Assembly: GCA_025935415.1 (NCBI GenBank)
Contig: JAICVI010000001.1
Span: 1-54,857 of the forward strand
From: Chloroflexota bacterium
GTDB taxonomy: Bacteria > Chloroflexota > Limnocylindria > Limnocylindrales > CSP1-4
Direction: 5' to 3'
DNA: 54,857 nucleotides
Part shown: piece after piece, positions 28,687 through 37,115 of the stretch
Numbering within the stretch: the first letter of the stretch is position 1
Layout: every line of letters begins with the position of its first letter
Translations under genes and position numbers: made by a program
The notes under the pieces: generated by a model
The model's input: the letters and a program-made list of their open reading frames with translations, nothing else
What the model was told of the DNA's origin: nothing
Databases searched by the model: none

Positions 28687-29343
28687 TTGACGGGGCGCGA
28701 CGCATCCCCGCGCACGATCACGGTGACCGGCTCGGGAAGCGCCAGGGTCCGGCCTGACATCGCGGATCTGCGAATTGGGGTGACCGTTACCGAGCTCACG
28801 GCCGATGCGGCACGGAGCGCGAGCGCGAAGGCCCTCAACGGCGTCATCGGGCGCCTGAAGGCTCTCGGGATCCGGGAGAGCGACCTGCGGACGTCGATCG
28901 TGTCTGTGCAACCGCAGTACGACTACTCGCAGCAGAGCGCGCCGCCGCGCCTCGTCGGCTACCAGTTCACGAACCTGGTGGCCGCGACCATCCGCGACAT
29001 CGAGAAGGTCGGTCATGCGATTGACGGCGCCCTCGGCGCGGGCGCGACCACGATCGACCGGATCGACTTCCGAGTCGCCAACCAGTCGGCCGCGGAGGCG
29101 CAGGCCCGCGAAGATGCGGTGCGAGATGCGCGGGCGAAGGCGGACGGGCTCGCGGCCGCCGGCGGCGTCTCGATCGCGGGCGTCGCGGCGATCGTCGAGG
29201 GCGGCGGCGGCCCGATCCCCTACCCGCGACCCTTCGAGCGGATGGCGTTGGCCGCGAAGGATGCCGGGACGCCGGTCGAGGCTGGTGAGAACGAGGTCTC
29301 CGTCAGCGTCACGGTGACCTACGTGCTCGACCCGACGGACTAG
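28687..29343 (+). CDS. SIMPL-domain (DUF541) protein
   Basis: Matches to the family are ITVTGSGSARVRPDIADLRIGVTV, GYQFTNLVAATIRD and RIDFRVANQSAAEAQAREDAVRDARAKADGLA. It uses a TTG start. I see no obvious signal peptide. Confidence 0.75.
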   Translation: MTGRDASPRTITVTGSGSARVRPDIADLRIGVTVTELTADAARSASAKALNGVIGRLKALGIRESDLRTSIVSVQPQYDYSQQSAPPRLVGYQFTNLVAATIRDIEKVGHAIDGALGAGATTIDRIDFRVANQSAAEAQAREDAVRDARAKADGLAAAGGVSIAGVAAIVEGGGGPIPYPRPFERMALAAKDAGTPVEAGENEVSVSVTVTYVLDPTD

Positions 29344-29357
29344 CCCCAGGAATCAGA

Positions 29358-29390
29358 GCGCCGCGGCCAACCGATGGTCGACCGCGGCGC
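29358..29390. terminator. Hairpin between convergent genes (SIMPL gene / protease gene)
   Basis: GCGCCGCGG (29358-29366) and CCGCGGCGC (29382-29390) form a perfect 9-bp stem with a 15-nt loop. There is no U tract on either side. Confidence 0.4.
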
Positions 29391-29402
29391 GAGTGCTTCG
29401 CC

Positions 29403-30443
29403 TTACGGCAGGATCCCGCGATCCTGGAAGGCCGCGGTGGCGAGGGCCGCCTCGCCGCTCCCATACAGCTCGTCGACAGCATCGACGATCCGCCCGGCGA
29501 GATCCGGCATCGTCGTGCCGGTCCAGTCGAACTGGGCCCGCAGGATCGACGTGTCCGCGTGCGCCGCACCGAGCGCCGTTCGGAGGTTCCATAGCGCATG
29601 CGACCAGATCTCACCGTCGGCGTGGACCTCGCCCTCGAGATCGTCGGGGTACATCTTGGGCTCGTCGAGGCGCCGGAGGCAGTGCACCGGACCCCGCGTG
29701 TACGAGACCGAGTCCCATTCGGCGATGCACTCGGGATCGGCCTCGCCGCCGGTCGCCCATTCGGAGACGGTGGCTGCCCAGTAGTCGCCGAACCCTTCGG
29801 AGATCGAGCCCGCCTCCAGCGACGAGAAGAACGTCGCCGACTGGCTCATGTGGATCTGGTGGCCGGTCTCGTGGAGGATGACCTCGCCGTCCTCGGCATC
29901 GTCGACGCCGCCCTTGCCGAAGCGCATCTCGTCCTTCGGGTGGTCCGTCGCGAACGAGTTGTCGACCCCGTACTGGTTGATGCGGACGCGCTGCTGGTCG
30001 CCGTTGATGACCCGCCACAGGCCGCTGCTCTGGGTGAAGCCGAGACTCTGGGTGTAGGCCTGGGACTTGGTGACCCAGTAATAGGCCATGACCTGCTCGA
30101 AGCGGTCATCGTGACGGGTGTAGTCGAAGGTGCAGTCGGCGGAGTAGGCCGAATCGCCCGTCTCGCCCACGACCAGGGCGTACTGGCCGCGGAGATAGCC
30201 GCTGCCATCGAGCCCGGTCAGGCTGACCTGGACCCGCTGGTCGTTGAGCGCGTCCGAGTCGGCGTCCTTGTTGTCCTCGAGGCCGGCGTAGCTGCCGCTC
30301 GACACGACCGGGTTTGGCATGAAGACGAGGCCGGTGGCCGACGTGCAGCCGCTGGGCTGCTTGGCGTTGACGGCGACCGGCGCCGCGACGGCGAGGGACG
30401 CGGCCAGGAGCGCCACGCTGGCGCGACGGGAGAGACGGGTCAC
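29403..30443 (-). CDS. Secreted zinc metalloprotease (HExxH gluzincin, thermolysin/fungalysin-like)
   Basis: The signal peptide is MTRLSRRASVALLAASLAVAAPVAVNA. The zinc motif is VILHETGHQIH, with downstream EGFGDYWAA and HADGEIWSHALWNL. Confidence 0.75.
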   Translation of the reverse strand: MTRLSRRASVALLAASLAVAAPVAVNAKQPSGCTSATGLVFMPNPVVSSGSYAGLEDNKDADSDALNDQRVQVSLTGLDGSGYLRGQYALVVGETGDSAYSADCTFDYTRHDDRFEQVMAYYWVTKSQAYTQSLGFTQSSGLWRVINGDQQRVRINQYGVDNSFATDHPKDEMRFGKGGVDDAEDGEVILHETGHQIHMSQSATFFSSLEAGSISEGFGDYWAATVSEWATGGEADPECIAEWDSVSYTRGPVHCLRRLDEPKMYPDDLEGEVHADGEIWSHALWNLRTALGAAHADTSILRAQFDWTGTTMPDLAGRIVDAVDELYGSGEAALATAAFQDRGILP

Positions 30444-30692
30444 GAGCTGCTCCTCCAGGTCCGGGGCGGGACCGTTCGTTCGTGGCGACCGGTTTCGGGG
30501 CGGGCACCGTACGCCAGCGTCGCGGGAGCGTCAAACACCGGGCGTGGCGCGGTGCGAAGCGAGGCCGGGCGGCTCGGCGCGACAGCGTGCGGCATTGCGC
30601 CGCGCCGAGCAGGCCGGATTTGCAGCGTCTCCGGCATCGAAACGGCGATGCTGCGTGGCGCGCGGGCAATGAGCCTGGTGGTGGGATGCGAC

Positions 30693-30857
30693 CATGCGAT
30701 CTTCATGGAGCCTCGCCGACATCCTGTTCGTGATCGCGATCATCTGCTTTGCCCTTGCGGCGATCGGGCTCAAGGTGGACATCAGCCTCATCGCCCTCGG
30801 CCTGGCCTTCGGCTTCGCCGGCTTCCTGGTGGGCAACCGCGGCATCCGAACGCCCTG
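30693..30857 (+). CDS. Small hydrophobic protein (54 aa), below the ORF-track size cutoff
   Basis: The ATG at 30693 gives MRSSWSLADILFVIAIICFALAAIGLKVDISLIALGLAFGFAGFLVGNRGIRTP, which predicts two TM helices. Third positions are almost all G/C. Confidence 0.5.
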
Positions 30858-30873
30858 ATCGACGGAGCAGGCC

Positions 30874-31156
30874 GATGAAGGGCGACCGTGTGGAAGCCGT
30901 GGTCGATACGGGCCAGGGCGTTCAGAACTTCGAGATCGTCGCGTCGCGCGCCGGCCGCCGGATCGAGGTGACCACGGCACGGGGGGTGGTCGAGGTGACC
31001 GAGGTGACGCGCGGCGGAACGCCGGTCCGAACGGGCCGGTTCATGGCCAGCCGGCTGATCGCTCTCGTCGAGCATCCCGCCAAGGAGCGGGACGAGGCCC
31101 GGGTCGAGGTCATGACGCGGCGGCGGATCGGCACGGGGAAGCCCCCGACGAGCTAG
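30874..31156 (+). CDS. Hypothetical small protein (93 aa)
   Basis: The ATG at 30874 follows GGAGCAGG. The product is MKGDRVEAVVDTGQGVQNFEIVASRAGRRIEVTTARGVVEVTEVTRGGTPVRTGRF.... Third positions are GC-rich. It lies 52 nt upstream of the nuclease-helicase gene. Confidence 0.55.
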
Positions 31157-31208
31157 CCCTCCTATCGGGTGACAGATAGCTGGCACGGGCGGCGGGTAGA
31201 GTCCCGCT

Positions 31209-34200
31209 GTGCAACGCCTCGACGGCACGCTCGTGCTGAGCGCGACGGATCTCGTCGGCTACCTCGCCTGCGACCACCTGGCAACGCTCGAGCTCGGCCG
31301 GGTCGCCGGCCTGTGGGAGCGCCCGCACCGGCGCGACGACCCCACGATCGAGATCATCCAGGAGAAGGGCGACCTCCACGAGCGGGCCTATCTCGATCAG
31401 CTGCGGGCAGACGGACTCACGATCGCGGAGATCGAGAAGGCCGACCTTCGGACGATCGACGACCTTCGCCGGGCGGCGGAGGCGACGGCCGAGGCAATGC
31501 GCTCCGGCGCGGACGTCATCTACCAGGCGACCTTCTTCGACGGGCGCTGGCGCGGGCACGCCGACTTCCTGTTCCGGCGCGGCGACCGGCCCTCGCCGGT
31601 GTTGGGCGATTGGAGCTACGACATCGCGGACACGAAGCTTGCCCGGGCGGTGAAGGCCGGGGCCGTCCTGCAGATGTGCGTCTACGCCGCGCTGCTGGAG
31701 GCGGTTCAGGGGATCGAGCCCGAGTGGCTGACGGTAATCACGGGTGATCGCGCGGCGCACCGCCACCGCACGGCCGACTTCACTGCGTACTTCCGGCATG
31801 TCCGCGCCCGATTCGAGGCGAGGATCGAGCGCGATGCCGCGGACCCGCGGGCCGCGACGACCTATCCCTCGCCCGTCGACCACTGTCGCGTCTGTCCCTG
31901 GAGCCCGACGTGCATCCAGCGCCGACGGGACGACGACCACCTGTCGATCGTCGCCGGGATGCGGCGAGTCGATACGGAGCGGCTCACGGCCGGCGGGCTG
32001 CCGAAGCTGGCGATGCTCGCCCGGGCGCCGGCGAGCACCACCGTTGCCGAGATGCCGCCCACGACGCTCGCGCGGCTTCGGGACCAGGCCCGGCTCCAGC
32101 TCCACGAACGAGAGCGCGGAGAGCGGATCTACGAGCTCCTCGAGCCGAGCCAGGATCGAGACACGCGCGGTCTCGGCACGGTGCCGGAGCCGTCGAGATG
32201 GGACGTCTTCTTCGACATCGAGGCCGATCCCTGGGCCGGCAACGACGGCCTCGAGTACCTCCTCGGGATCGTGACGGTGGACACCGGCGTGCCCGTCTAT
32301 CGCCCGATCTGGGGAACCGACCCCGATGGCGAGCGCCGGGCCCTCGGCGAGCTGTTCACGTTCCTGAACGCCCGGCTCGCGGCACATCCCGAGCTCCACG
32401 TCTTCCACTACGGCGGGTACGAAAGCGGCGCCCTGAAGCGGCTGGTGGCGCGCCATGGCTTCGGCGCCGACGACCTCGACCGGCTTCTCCGTGGCGAGAT
32501 CCTGGTGGACTTGCTGAACGTCGTCCGGCAGGGGGTCCGGGCCTCGGTCGAGTCGTATTCGCTGAAGCAGATCGAGAAGTTCTACCTGCCCGTGCGCGAA
32601 GGTCCGGTGACGGACGCCGGCTTCAGCGTCGTCGAGTTCGAGCGCTGGCTGCGGCAGCGCGACGAGTCGATCCTGGACGGGATCGCGGACTACAACCGCG
32701 ACGACTGCGTCTCGACGTGGATGCTCCGTGACTGGCTGGAGCAGCGCCGCGTGGAGGCGATGGCGCGCTGGCCCGGGCGGGACTGGAGCCGGCCCCAGCT
32801 CGGCCAGGGCGAGCCGGGCGAGAAGGTCAACGAGGAGATCCGGAGAGTCAGGACGCGGGTCGCCGGCCTCACGGCGGCCCTGGCGCCCGGCGACGACGGG
32901 CCGGAGGCCCGGTCGAGGCGGCTCCTGGCCGACCTGCTCGACTGGCACCGGCGGGAGGAGAAGTCGCAGTGGTGGCGCTGGTACGAGCTCACCAAGCACC
33001 TGACGCCGGAGGCGCTGGTCGTCGAACGCGACGCGCTGTCCGGGTTGGAGTTCGTCGGCGAGGTCGGGATCGAGAAGAAGAGCGTCATCCTGCGGTACCG
33101 ATTCGAGCCCCAGGATCATCCCTTCGGGCCCGGTGACGAGGCCTACGACACGGGCGACGGCAAGCGCGCGGGCGAGGTCGTGCGCGTCGACGACGTCGCC
33201 GGCACCATCGACATCAAGCGGTCCATCAACACGATTCGCGAGCATCCCACAGCGCTCGTCGAGCCACCCCCGCTGGACCAGGAAGCGATGAAGATTGCGC
33301 TCCTCAGGGTTGCGGACGCGGCGATCGCTGCCCTGCCCCACGAATCCCCGCGATACCGGGCGATCGCCGACCTCCTCGCTCGCCGTCCGCCCGCGATGGA
33401 TCCGGCATCGAGCCCTGGAGCACCGCTGGACGGTGGCGACTTGGACCTCACGGGGACCGCGCGCCGGATCGGGCTGGCACTCGACCAAGGCGTGCTTCCG
33501 ATCCAGGGGCCGCCAGGGACCGGGAAGACCTATACCGCCGCGCGAATGATCGTCTCGCTGGTCCGGGCGGGAAAGCGGGTCGGGATCACCGCGCAATCCC
33601 ACCGAACGATCAGCAACCTCGTCGAGCAGGTGCTGGCAGCCGTGGACTCGGATGCGGAGCCGGCGACCGTCCGGATCGTCCAGCGGGCCGGCGATCTCGA
33701 TCCATGGGTCCGCGATCCGCGGGTCACGCTCGCGACCAGCCCGGCCGCAGCCACCGCCGAGCTCGCGGCGGGCGCCAATGTGCTCGCCGGCACGGCCTGG
33801 CAGATGGCCCGGGCGGACATGGACCAGGCGCTCGATGTCCTCTTCGTCGACGAAGCCGGCCAGTACGCGCTGGCGAACGTCATCGCCGCCGGAACCTGTG
33901 CGAGCTCGATCGTGCTCGTCGGCGATCCCAATCAGCTCCCGATGGTCACACAGGGCGTCCATCCCGACGGTGTCAGCGTTTCCGGCCTCGCCCATCTGCT
34001 CGGCGCCGATGCCACGATCTCCCCGGATCGCGGCCTGTTCCTCGGGACGACACGGCGCCTGCACCCGCGCGTCAACGCGTTCGTCTCCGACGCCTTCTAC
34101 GACCAGCGGCTCGGGGCTCATCCCGACACGCGCCGAGTCGTGATGGCCGACCGCCCGGAGGGCGCGGCGCCCCTGCCTGCAGGGCTGGCCGGAGCGGGCG

Positions 34201-34805
34201 TCCGCTGGATTCCGGTGCCCCACAGCGGGAATGCCGCTGATTCAGCGCAGGAAGCCGCGGTCGTGGCCGACGCCGTTGCGGCACTGATCGGTCGCAGCCA
34301 GCGACTGCCCGACGGCACGGACCGGGTGATCGACCTCGACGACGTGATCGTGATCACGCCCTACAACGCGCAGGTCGCGGAGATTCAGAAGGCCATCACG
34401 GCGCGGCTCGGCGCGACGGGCAACGTCGGCACCGTCGACAAGTTCCAGGGTCGCGAGGGCATCGTCGCGATCTACTCGATGGCGAGCTCGAGCCGGGACG
34501 ATGCGCCGCGGGACATGGGCTTCCTGTATTCGCGCAATCGGCTCAACGTCGCCGTCTCACGCGCGGAGAGCGTTGCGATCGTCGTGGCCTCGCCGACGCT
34601 CCTCGAGGCCGGCTGTCGCACGCCCGAGCAGATGCGCCTCGTCGATGCGCTGTGCAGGTATGTCGAGGTGGCTGGAGCTCAGGCCGCCGAGGTCGCGCCG
34701 GACGTCGGCGCCGGCGCAGCCAGCGCGCCGGCGGCGCTCGCCATGGAGGCCGCCGGGCTCGCTCCGGCGGTCGTCACCGGCGCAGGCGGCTCGTCCGCGA
34801 CCTGA
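31209..34805 (+). CDS. RecB-like PD-(D/E)xK nuclease + RNase H/DnaQ-like exonuclease fold + SF1 (Upf1/DNA2-like) helicase fusion protein
   Basis: The N-terminus is LSATDLVGYLACDHLATLEL, followed by GHADFLF...YDIADTKLA (D...DxK) and the Cys cluster CRVCPWSPTC. The middle part has VFFDIEADPW, VFHYGGYE and DYNRDDC. Helicase motifs are GPPGTGKT, LFVDEAGQ, LVGDPNQLP, ITPYNAQV, VDKFQGREG and LNVAVSRAE. Confidence 0.85.
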   Translation: MQRLDGTLVLSATDLVGYLACDHLATLELGRVAGLWERPHRRDDPTIEIIQEKGDLHERAYLDQLRADGLTIAEIEKADLRTIDDLRRAAEATAEAMRSGADVIYQATFFDGRWRGHADFLFRRGDRPSPVLGDWSYDIADTKLARAVKAGAVLQMCVYAALLEAVQGIEPEWLTVITGDRAAHRHRTADFTAYFRHVRARFEARIERDAADPRAATTYPSPVDHCRVCPWSPTCIQRRRDDDHLSIVAGMRRVDTERLTAGGLPKLAMLARAPASTTVAEMPPTTLARLRDQARLQLHERERGERIYELLEPSQDRDTRGLGTVPEPSRWDVFFDIEADPWAGNDGLEYLLGIVTVDTGVPVYRPIWGTDPDGERRALGELFTFLNARLAAHPELHVFHYGGYESGALKRLVARHGFGADDLDRLLRGEILVDLLNVVRQGVRASVESYSLKQIEKFYLPVREGPVTDAGFSVVEFERWLRQRDESILDGIADYNRDDCVSTWMLRDWLEQRRVEAMARWPGRDWSRPQLGQGEPGEKVNEEIRRVRTRVAGLTAALAPGDDGPEARSRRLLADLLDWHRREEKSQWWRWYELTKHLTPEALVVERDALSGLEFVGEVGIEKKSVILRYRFEPQDHPFGPGDEAYDTGDGKRAGEVVRVDDVAGTIDIKRSINTIREHPTALVEPPPLDQEAMKIALLRVADAAIAALPHESPRYRAIADLLARRPPAMDPASSPGAPLDGGDLDLTGTARRIGLALDQGVLPIQGPPGTGKTYTAARMIVSLVRAGKRVGITAQSHRTISNLVEQVLAAVDSDAEPATVRIVQRAGDLDPWVRDPRVTLATSPAAATAELAAGANVLAGTAWQMARADMDQALDVLFVDEAGQYALANVIAAGTCASSIVLVGDPNQLPMVTQGVHPDGVSVSGLAHLLGADATISPDRGLFLGTTRRLHPRVNAFVSDAFYDQRLGAHPDTRRVVMADRPEGAAPLPAGLAGAGVRWIPVPHSGNAADSAQEAAVVADAVAALIGRSQRLPDGTDRVIDLDDVIVITPYNAQVAEIQKAITARLGATGNVGTVDKFQGREGIVAIYSMASSSRDDAPRDMGFLYSRNRLNVAVSRAESVAIVVASPTLLEAGCRTPEQMRLVDALCRYVEVAGAQAAEVAPDVGAGAASAPAALAMEAAGLAPAVVTGAGGSSAT

Positions 34806-35107
34806 CGCTCAGGCGCCGCGGGCAAGCCCTCGCCGACCGAACGAGCCTGCTCGAACGGCATGAAATGGATGGAAGCGGTCATGCGGCTGGTCGGCAGGAT
34901 GGCCGCAGGGGAGCGTCGCCGCACCGTCTCGCCGCCCAGCGTTGGCGCGAGCTGACGCTGCCGCACGGGCGCGGAGGAGGTGGCGCCGGACCACGCTTGC
35001 CACGGTGGGTCGCTCACCGGAGCGGGGCGTGACCGGCGCCATGGAAGCGAGCGGCGCGGGCCCGAGGGGCTCGCGCCAGTGGTTGAGGCGGATTGCGGGC
35101 CGGTGCA

Positions 35108-35551
35108 TCAGACCGGCTCCCTCCGGAGCAGGTTGACCGCCCAGATCACGATCACCTCGAGCAGCGACCACCCGATGAGCGCCGCGATCGCGGCGATGTC
35201 GAGCACGGAGCCGCCGGCCTTGAGGGCATCGTTGTTGAAGATGCCCACGAACGGGGCCACGAAGAGCTGGCTGGTGTTGAGGATGAACGACACGAGGTCG
35301 TTGCCCTCGCGGGCGTTGAGGAGGAGCAGGACGATCCGAAGGATGATGAACACCTGGATGATCCCGAAGATCAGGATCACCACGCGGCGCAGCATCTCGC
35401 CGCCGCTCGGCGACACGTCGGTACGCTCGACGACCTGGTTGGTCCGCGTCGCGCCGGCGGGCACGACGACCTGATCGGCCGCGGTCCCGGCCGGAACGAC
35501 GACCGCGGGATCCTCATCCGTGCGGGTCACGACCCTGCGTTCGTACGTCAT
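35108..35551 (-). CDS. YggT-family membrane protein with an N-terminal extension
   Basis: The YggT-like core is RRVVILIFGIIQVFIILRIVLLLLN...SQLFVAPFVGIF...IAAIAALIGWSLLEVIVIWAVNLL. The RBS GAGGGAG lies 8 nt upstream of the ATG at 35551. Confidence 0.7.
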   Translation of the reverse strand: MTYERRVVTRTDEDPAVVVPAGTAADQVVVPAGATRTNQVVERTDVSPSGGEMLRRVVILIFGIIQVFIILRIVLLLLNAREGNDLVSFILNTSQLFVAPFVGIFNNDALKAGGSVLDIAAIAALIGWSLLEVIVIWAVNLLRREPV

Positions 35552-35631
35552 GGTTGGACTCCCTCATGCGTGGATGGATCCAGCGTGCGCACGGATGGGT
35601 GCTGGCGACGCTTCAACCGGGCTGGAAAGCC

Positions 35632-35649
35632 CTTGCAGGGGGTTTGCAG
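35632..35649. repeat. Tandem direct repeat CTTGCAG-GGGG-TTTGCAG (11-nt phasing)
   Basis: This is read directly from the sequence. It lies in the 99-nt spacer between the acidic small ORF stop (35651) and the YggT start (35551). Confidence 0.6.
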
Positions 35650-35650
35650 G

Positions 35651-35905
35651 TCACATCGTCTCTTCGGGGACTTCGACGTCCGGAACGACATCGGGCTCGC
35701 CCGGCGCGATCGCCGAGCTCGAGCCGTTCTCGATCCGCTCGCCGAGCCGCTCGGGCAGGTCGTCCTGGGGCCCCGGTGGAACGTCCTGTCGATCGGCGCC
35801 GGGGATGCCGAGGTCGGGCCGGCCCTCGGCCGGCTCGCCTCCGGGTGTGTCCGCCGCCGAACCGCTGAACGGAGTCGTCGAGGTGTCGGTGGTGTCTGGC
35901 TGCAT
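35651..35905 (-). CDS. Hypothetical small acidic Pro/Asp/Glu-rich protein (84 aa)
   Basis: A strong RBS, AAGGAGGA, precedes the ATG at 35905. Third positions are GC-rich throughout. The product is MQPDTTDTSTTPFSGSAADTPGGEPAEGRPDLGIPGADRQDVPPGPQDDLPERLGERIENG.... Confidence 0.6.
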   Translation of the reverse strand: MQPDTTDTSTTPFSGSAADTPGGEPAEGRPDLGIPGADRQDVPPGPQDDLPERLGERIENGSSSAIAPGEPDVVPDVEVPEETM

Positions 35906-35977
35906 GGTGATCCTCCTTGTTGCCGACGACGGTGCTCGTCACCGAGGCTCGCGCGCGGCGTCCGATGGGCCTGGCCG

Positions 35978-35995
35978 CTTGCAACCGGCTTGCGG
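35978..35995. repeat. Tandem direct repeat CTTGCAA-CCGG-CTTGCGG (11-nt phasing)
   Basis: It lies in the divergent intergenic region 35906-36142. Related single copies GTTGCGG (about 36027) and CTGCAAC (about 36061) lie downstream. Confidence 0.55.
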
Positions 35996-36142
35996 CAGCG
36001 CCAGGCCGAGGAGGCCTGCACCCAGGTTGCGGCGGCATCGCGCCGGAGGGCGACACGTCCCTGCAACGGGAGCCTCCCGGGGCGTTGTCGTCACGTTCCC
36101 CCCGTGCTCGACGATCGACGCACACCCATCAGGAGGAACCAG

Positions 36143-36553
36143 ATGACAGCAATCGTCCTGCCCGATATCGACAAGGCCACGATCGACGAGCTCATGAAGA
36201 AGCTCCCGGACCTTCGCGAGATCGAGCTCCCGAACCTGCCGAAGATGAAGGACGTCGGCAAGACCGCCGACGACACCATCGACCGGCTCCTCGGCCGCTC
36301 TCGCGCGCCGGTCTGGCCGTGGATCGCGGCCGGCATCGCCATCGTCGGCGTGATCGGGGCGGTCGCCGCCTACATCACGTGGTGGCGGCGCCCGAGCTGG
36401 GAGACGCCGAGCGAGCCCTGGGGCGCGACGGCCACGACCGACGAGGGCTACGTCCCCAGCACGGCGTCCGACGACGCGATCGAGGGCACCGGCCTCACGG
36501 CCGCCGAGTCCTCGCTGACCTCGTCCTCGTACGGCGGCACCACCGACGTGTGA
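36143..36553 (+). CDS. Hypothetical single-pass membrane protein (136 aa)
   Basis: The RBS is AGGAGGA. The product is MTAIVLPDIDKATIDELMKKLPDLREIELPNLPKMKDVGK..., with the TM helix VWPWIAAGIAIVGVIGAVAAYITWW. Confidence 0.65.
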   Translation: MTAIVLPDIDKATIDELMKKLPDLREIELPNLPKMKDVGKTADDTIDRLLGRSRAPVWPWIAAGIAIVGVIGAVAAYITWWRRPSWETPSEPWGATATTDEGYVPSTASDDAIEGTGLTAAESSLTSSSYGGTTDV

Positions 36554-36777
36554 TGGGCGCGGAGACCGTCATCTCCCTGCTCGCGGCGACGCTCCTCGCG
36601 ACCGGCTGGGCCCTCTGGCTCCTGCCGGTCGGGAGGTGTTCGCAGTGCCCCCACTGCCAGCTGGAGCAGGCGGCGAGAGAGCGCGAGACCGAGGCACAGG
36701 CCAGTCGCGTCTACAGGATTCCGATGTGCCAGGTATGCGGGCGGAACCACGCGCCGGGTGAGCCGCACCGGCGCTGA
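36553..36777 (+). CDS. Small membrane protein with two CxxC motifs (74 aa)
   Basis: The start overlaps the previous stop (TGATG). The TM helix is VISLLAATLLATGWALWLLPV. It is followed by CSQCPHC and CQVCG. Confidence 0.6.
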   Translation: MGAETVISLLAATLLATGWALWLLPVGRCSQCPHCQLEQAARERETEAQASRVYRIPMCQVCGRNHAPGEPHRR

Positions 36778-36960
36778 GGCGGAGCGCACCGCGCCGCGGT
36801 TCCGCCGTGCGAGGACGCGACTGCGAGGGGCCCGCAATGCCCTGATGGGCGTTCCTGTGTCGCGCTGCAACACCGCGTCGACACACTGACGGACGGCTCG
36901 TCGGCGGCGGTCCCAGCGAGGGACACGTCGCCCGCCGTCGGGACCTTGGCGAAGAGCAGC

Positions 36961-36986
36961 GGGCGGTCCGGACCACCGGGCCGCCC
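36961..36986 (+). terminator. GC-rich hairpin downstream of the 36143-36777 operon (no U tract)
   Basis: GGGCGGTCCGG-ACCA-CCGGGCCGCCC forms an 11-bp stem with one G-U pair and a 4-nt loop. It lies about 185 nt after the stop at 36777. Confidence 0.35.
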
Positions 36987-36989
36987 GTC

Positions 36990-37034
36990 GTGATTCCCCG
37001 GTGATTCGCGTGTGATTCCCCCTGTGATTGCACG
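36990..37034 (+). repeat. Four direct repeats of GTGATT at 11/11/12-nt phasing
   Basis: The units are GTGATTCCCCG GTGATTCGCGT GTGATTCCCCCT GTGATTGCACG, starting at 36990, 37001, 37012 and 37024. An inverted copy, GCGAATCAC, lies at 37342-37350. Confidence 0.7.
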
Positions 37035-37080
37035 GCGATCCCCCGCGTCAGGTCTGCCGCGCCCCGCGCAGGCAATGAAA

Positions 37081-37115
37081 GAGCGCCGAGGCTGGGGAGG
37101 ACAGCCTCGGCGCTC
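37081..37115 (-). terminator. Strong hairpin; on the minus strand it reads as an intrinsic terminator
   Basis: GAGCGCCGAGGCTG / CAGCCTCGGCGCTC is a perfect 14-bp stem. On the minus strand the loop is UCCUCCC and the hairpin is followed by UUUCAUU. On the plus strand the loop is GGGAGGA and no U tract follows. Confidence 0.5.

Noticed and set aside
31110-34223. A 1037-aa ORF on the minus strand opposite the nuclease-helicase gene.
   Set aside because: Its composition is Arg/Pro/Gly/Ala-rich and low-complexity, with no recognisable motifs. The opposite frame carries a full set of nuclease and helicase motifs. This is a typical mirror-frame artefact of very GC-rich DNA.
34806-35107. A 302-nt convergent intergenic region after the helicase gene, examined for small ORFs or repeats (for example track ORF 34679-35017).
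   Set aside because: The candidate frames are R/A/P-rich, lack RBSs and overlap the helicase 3' end. I found no convincing hairpin or repeat.
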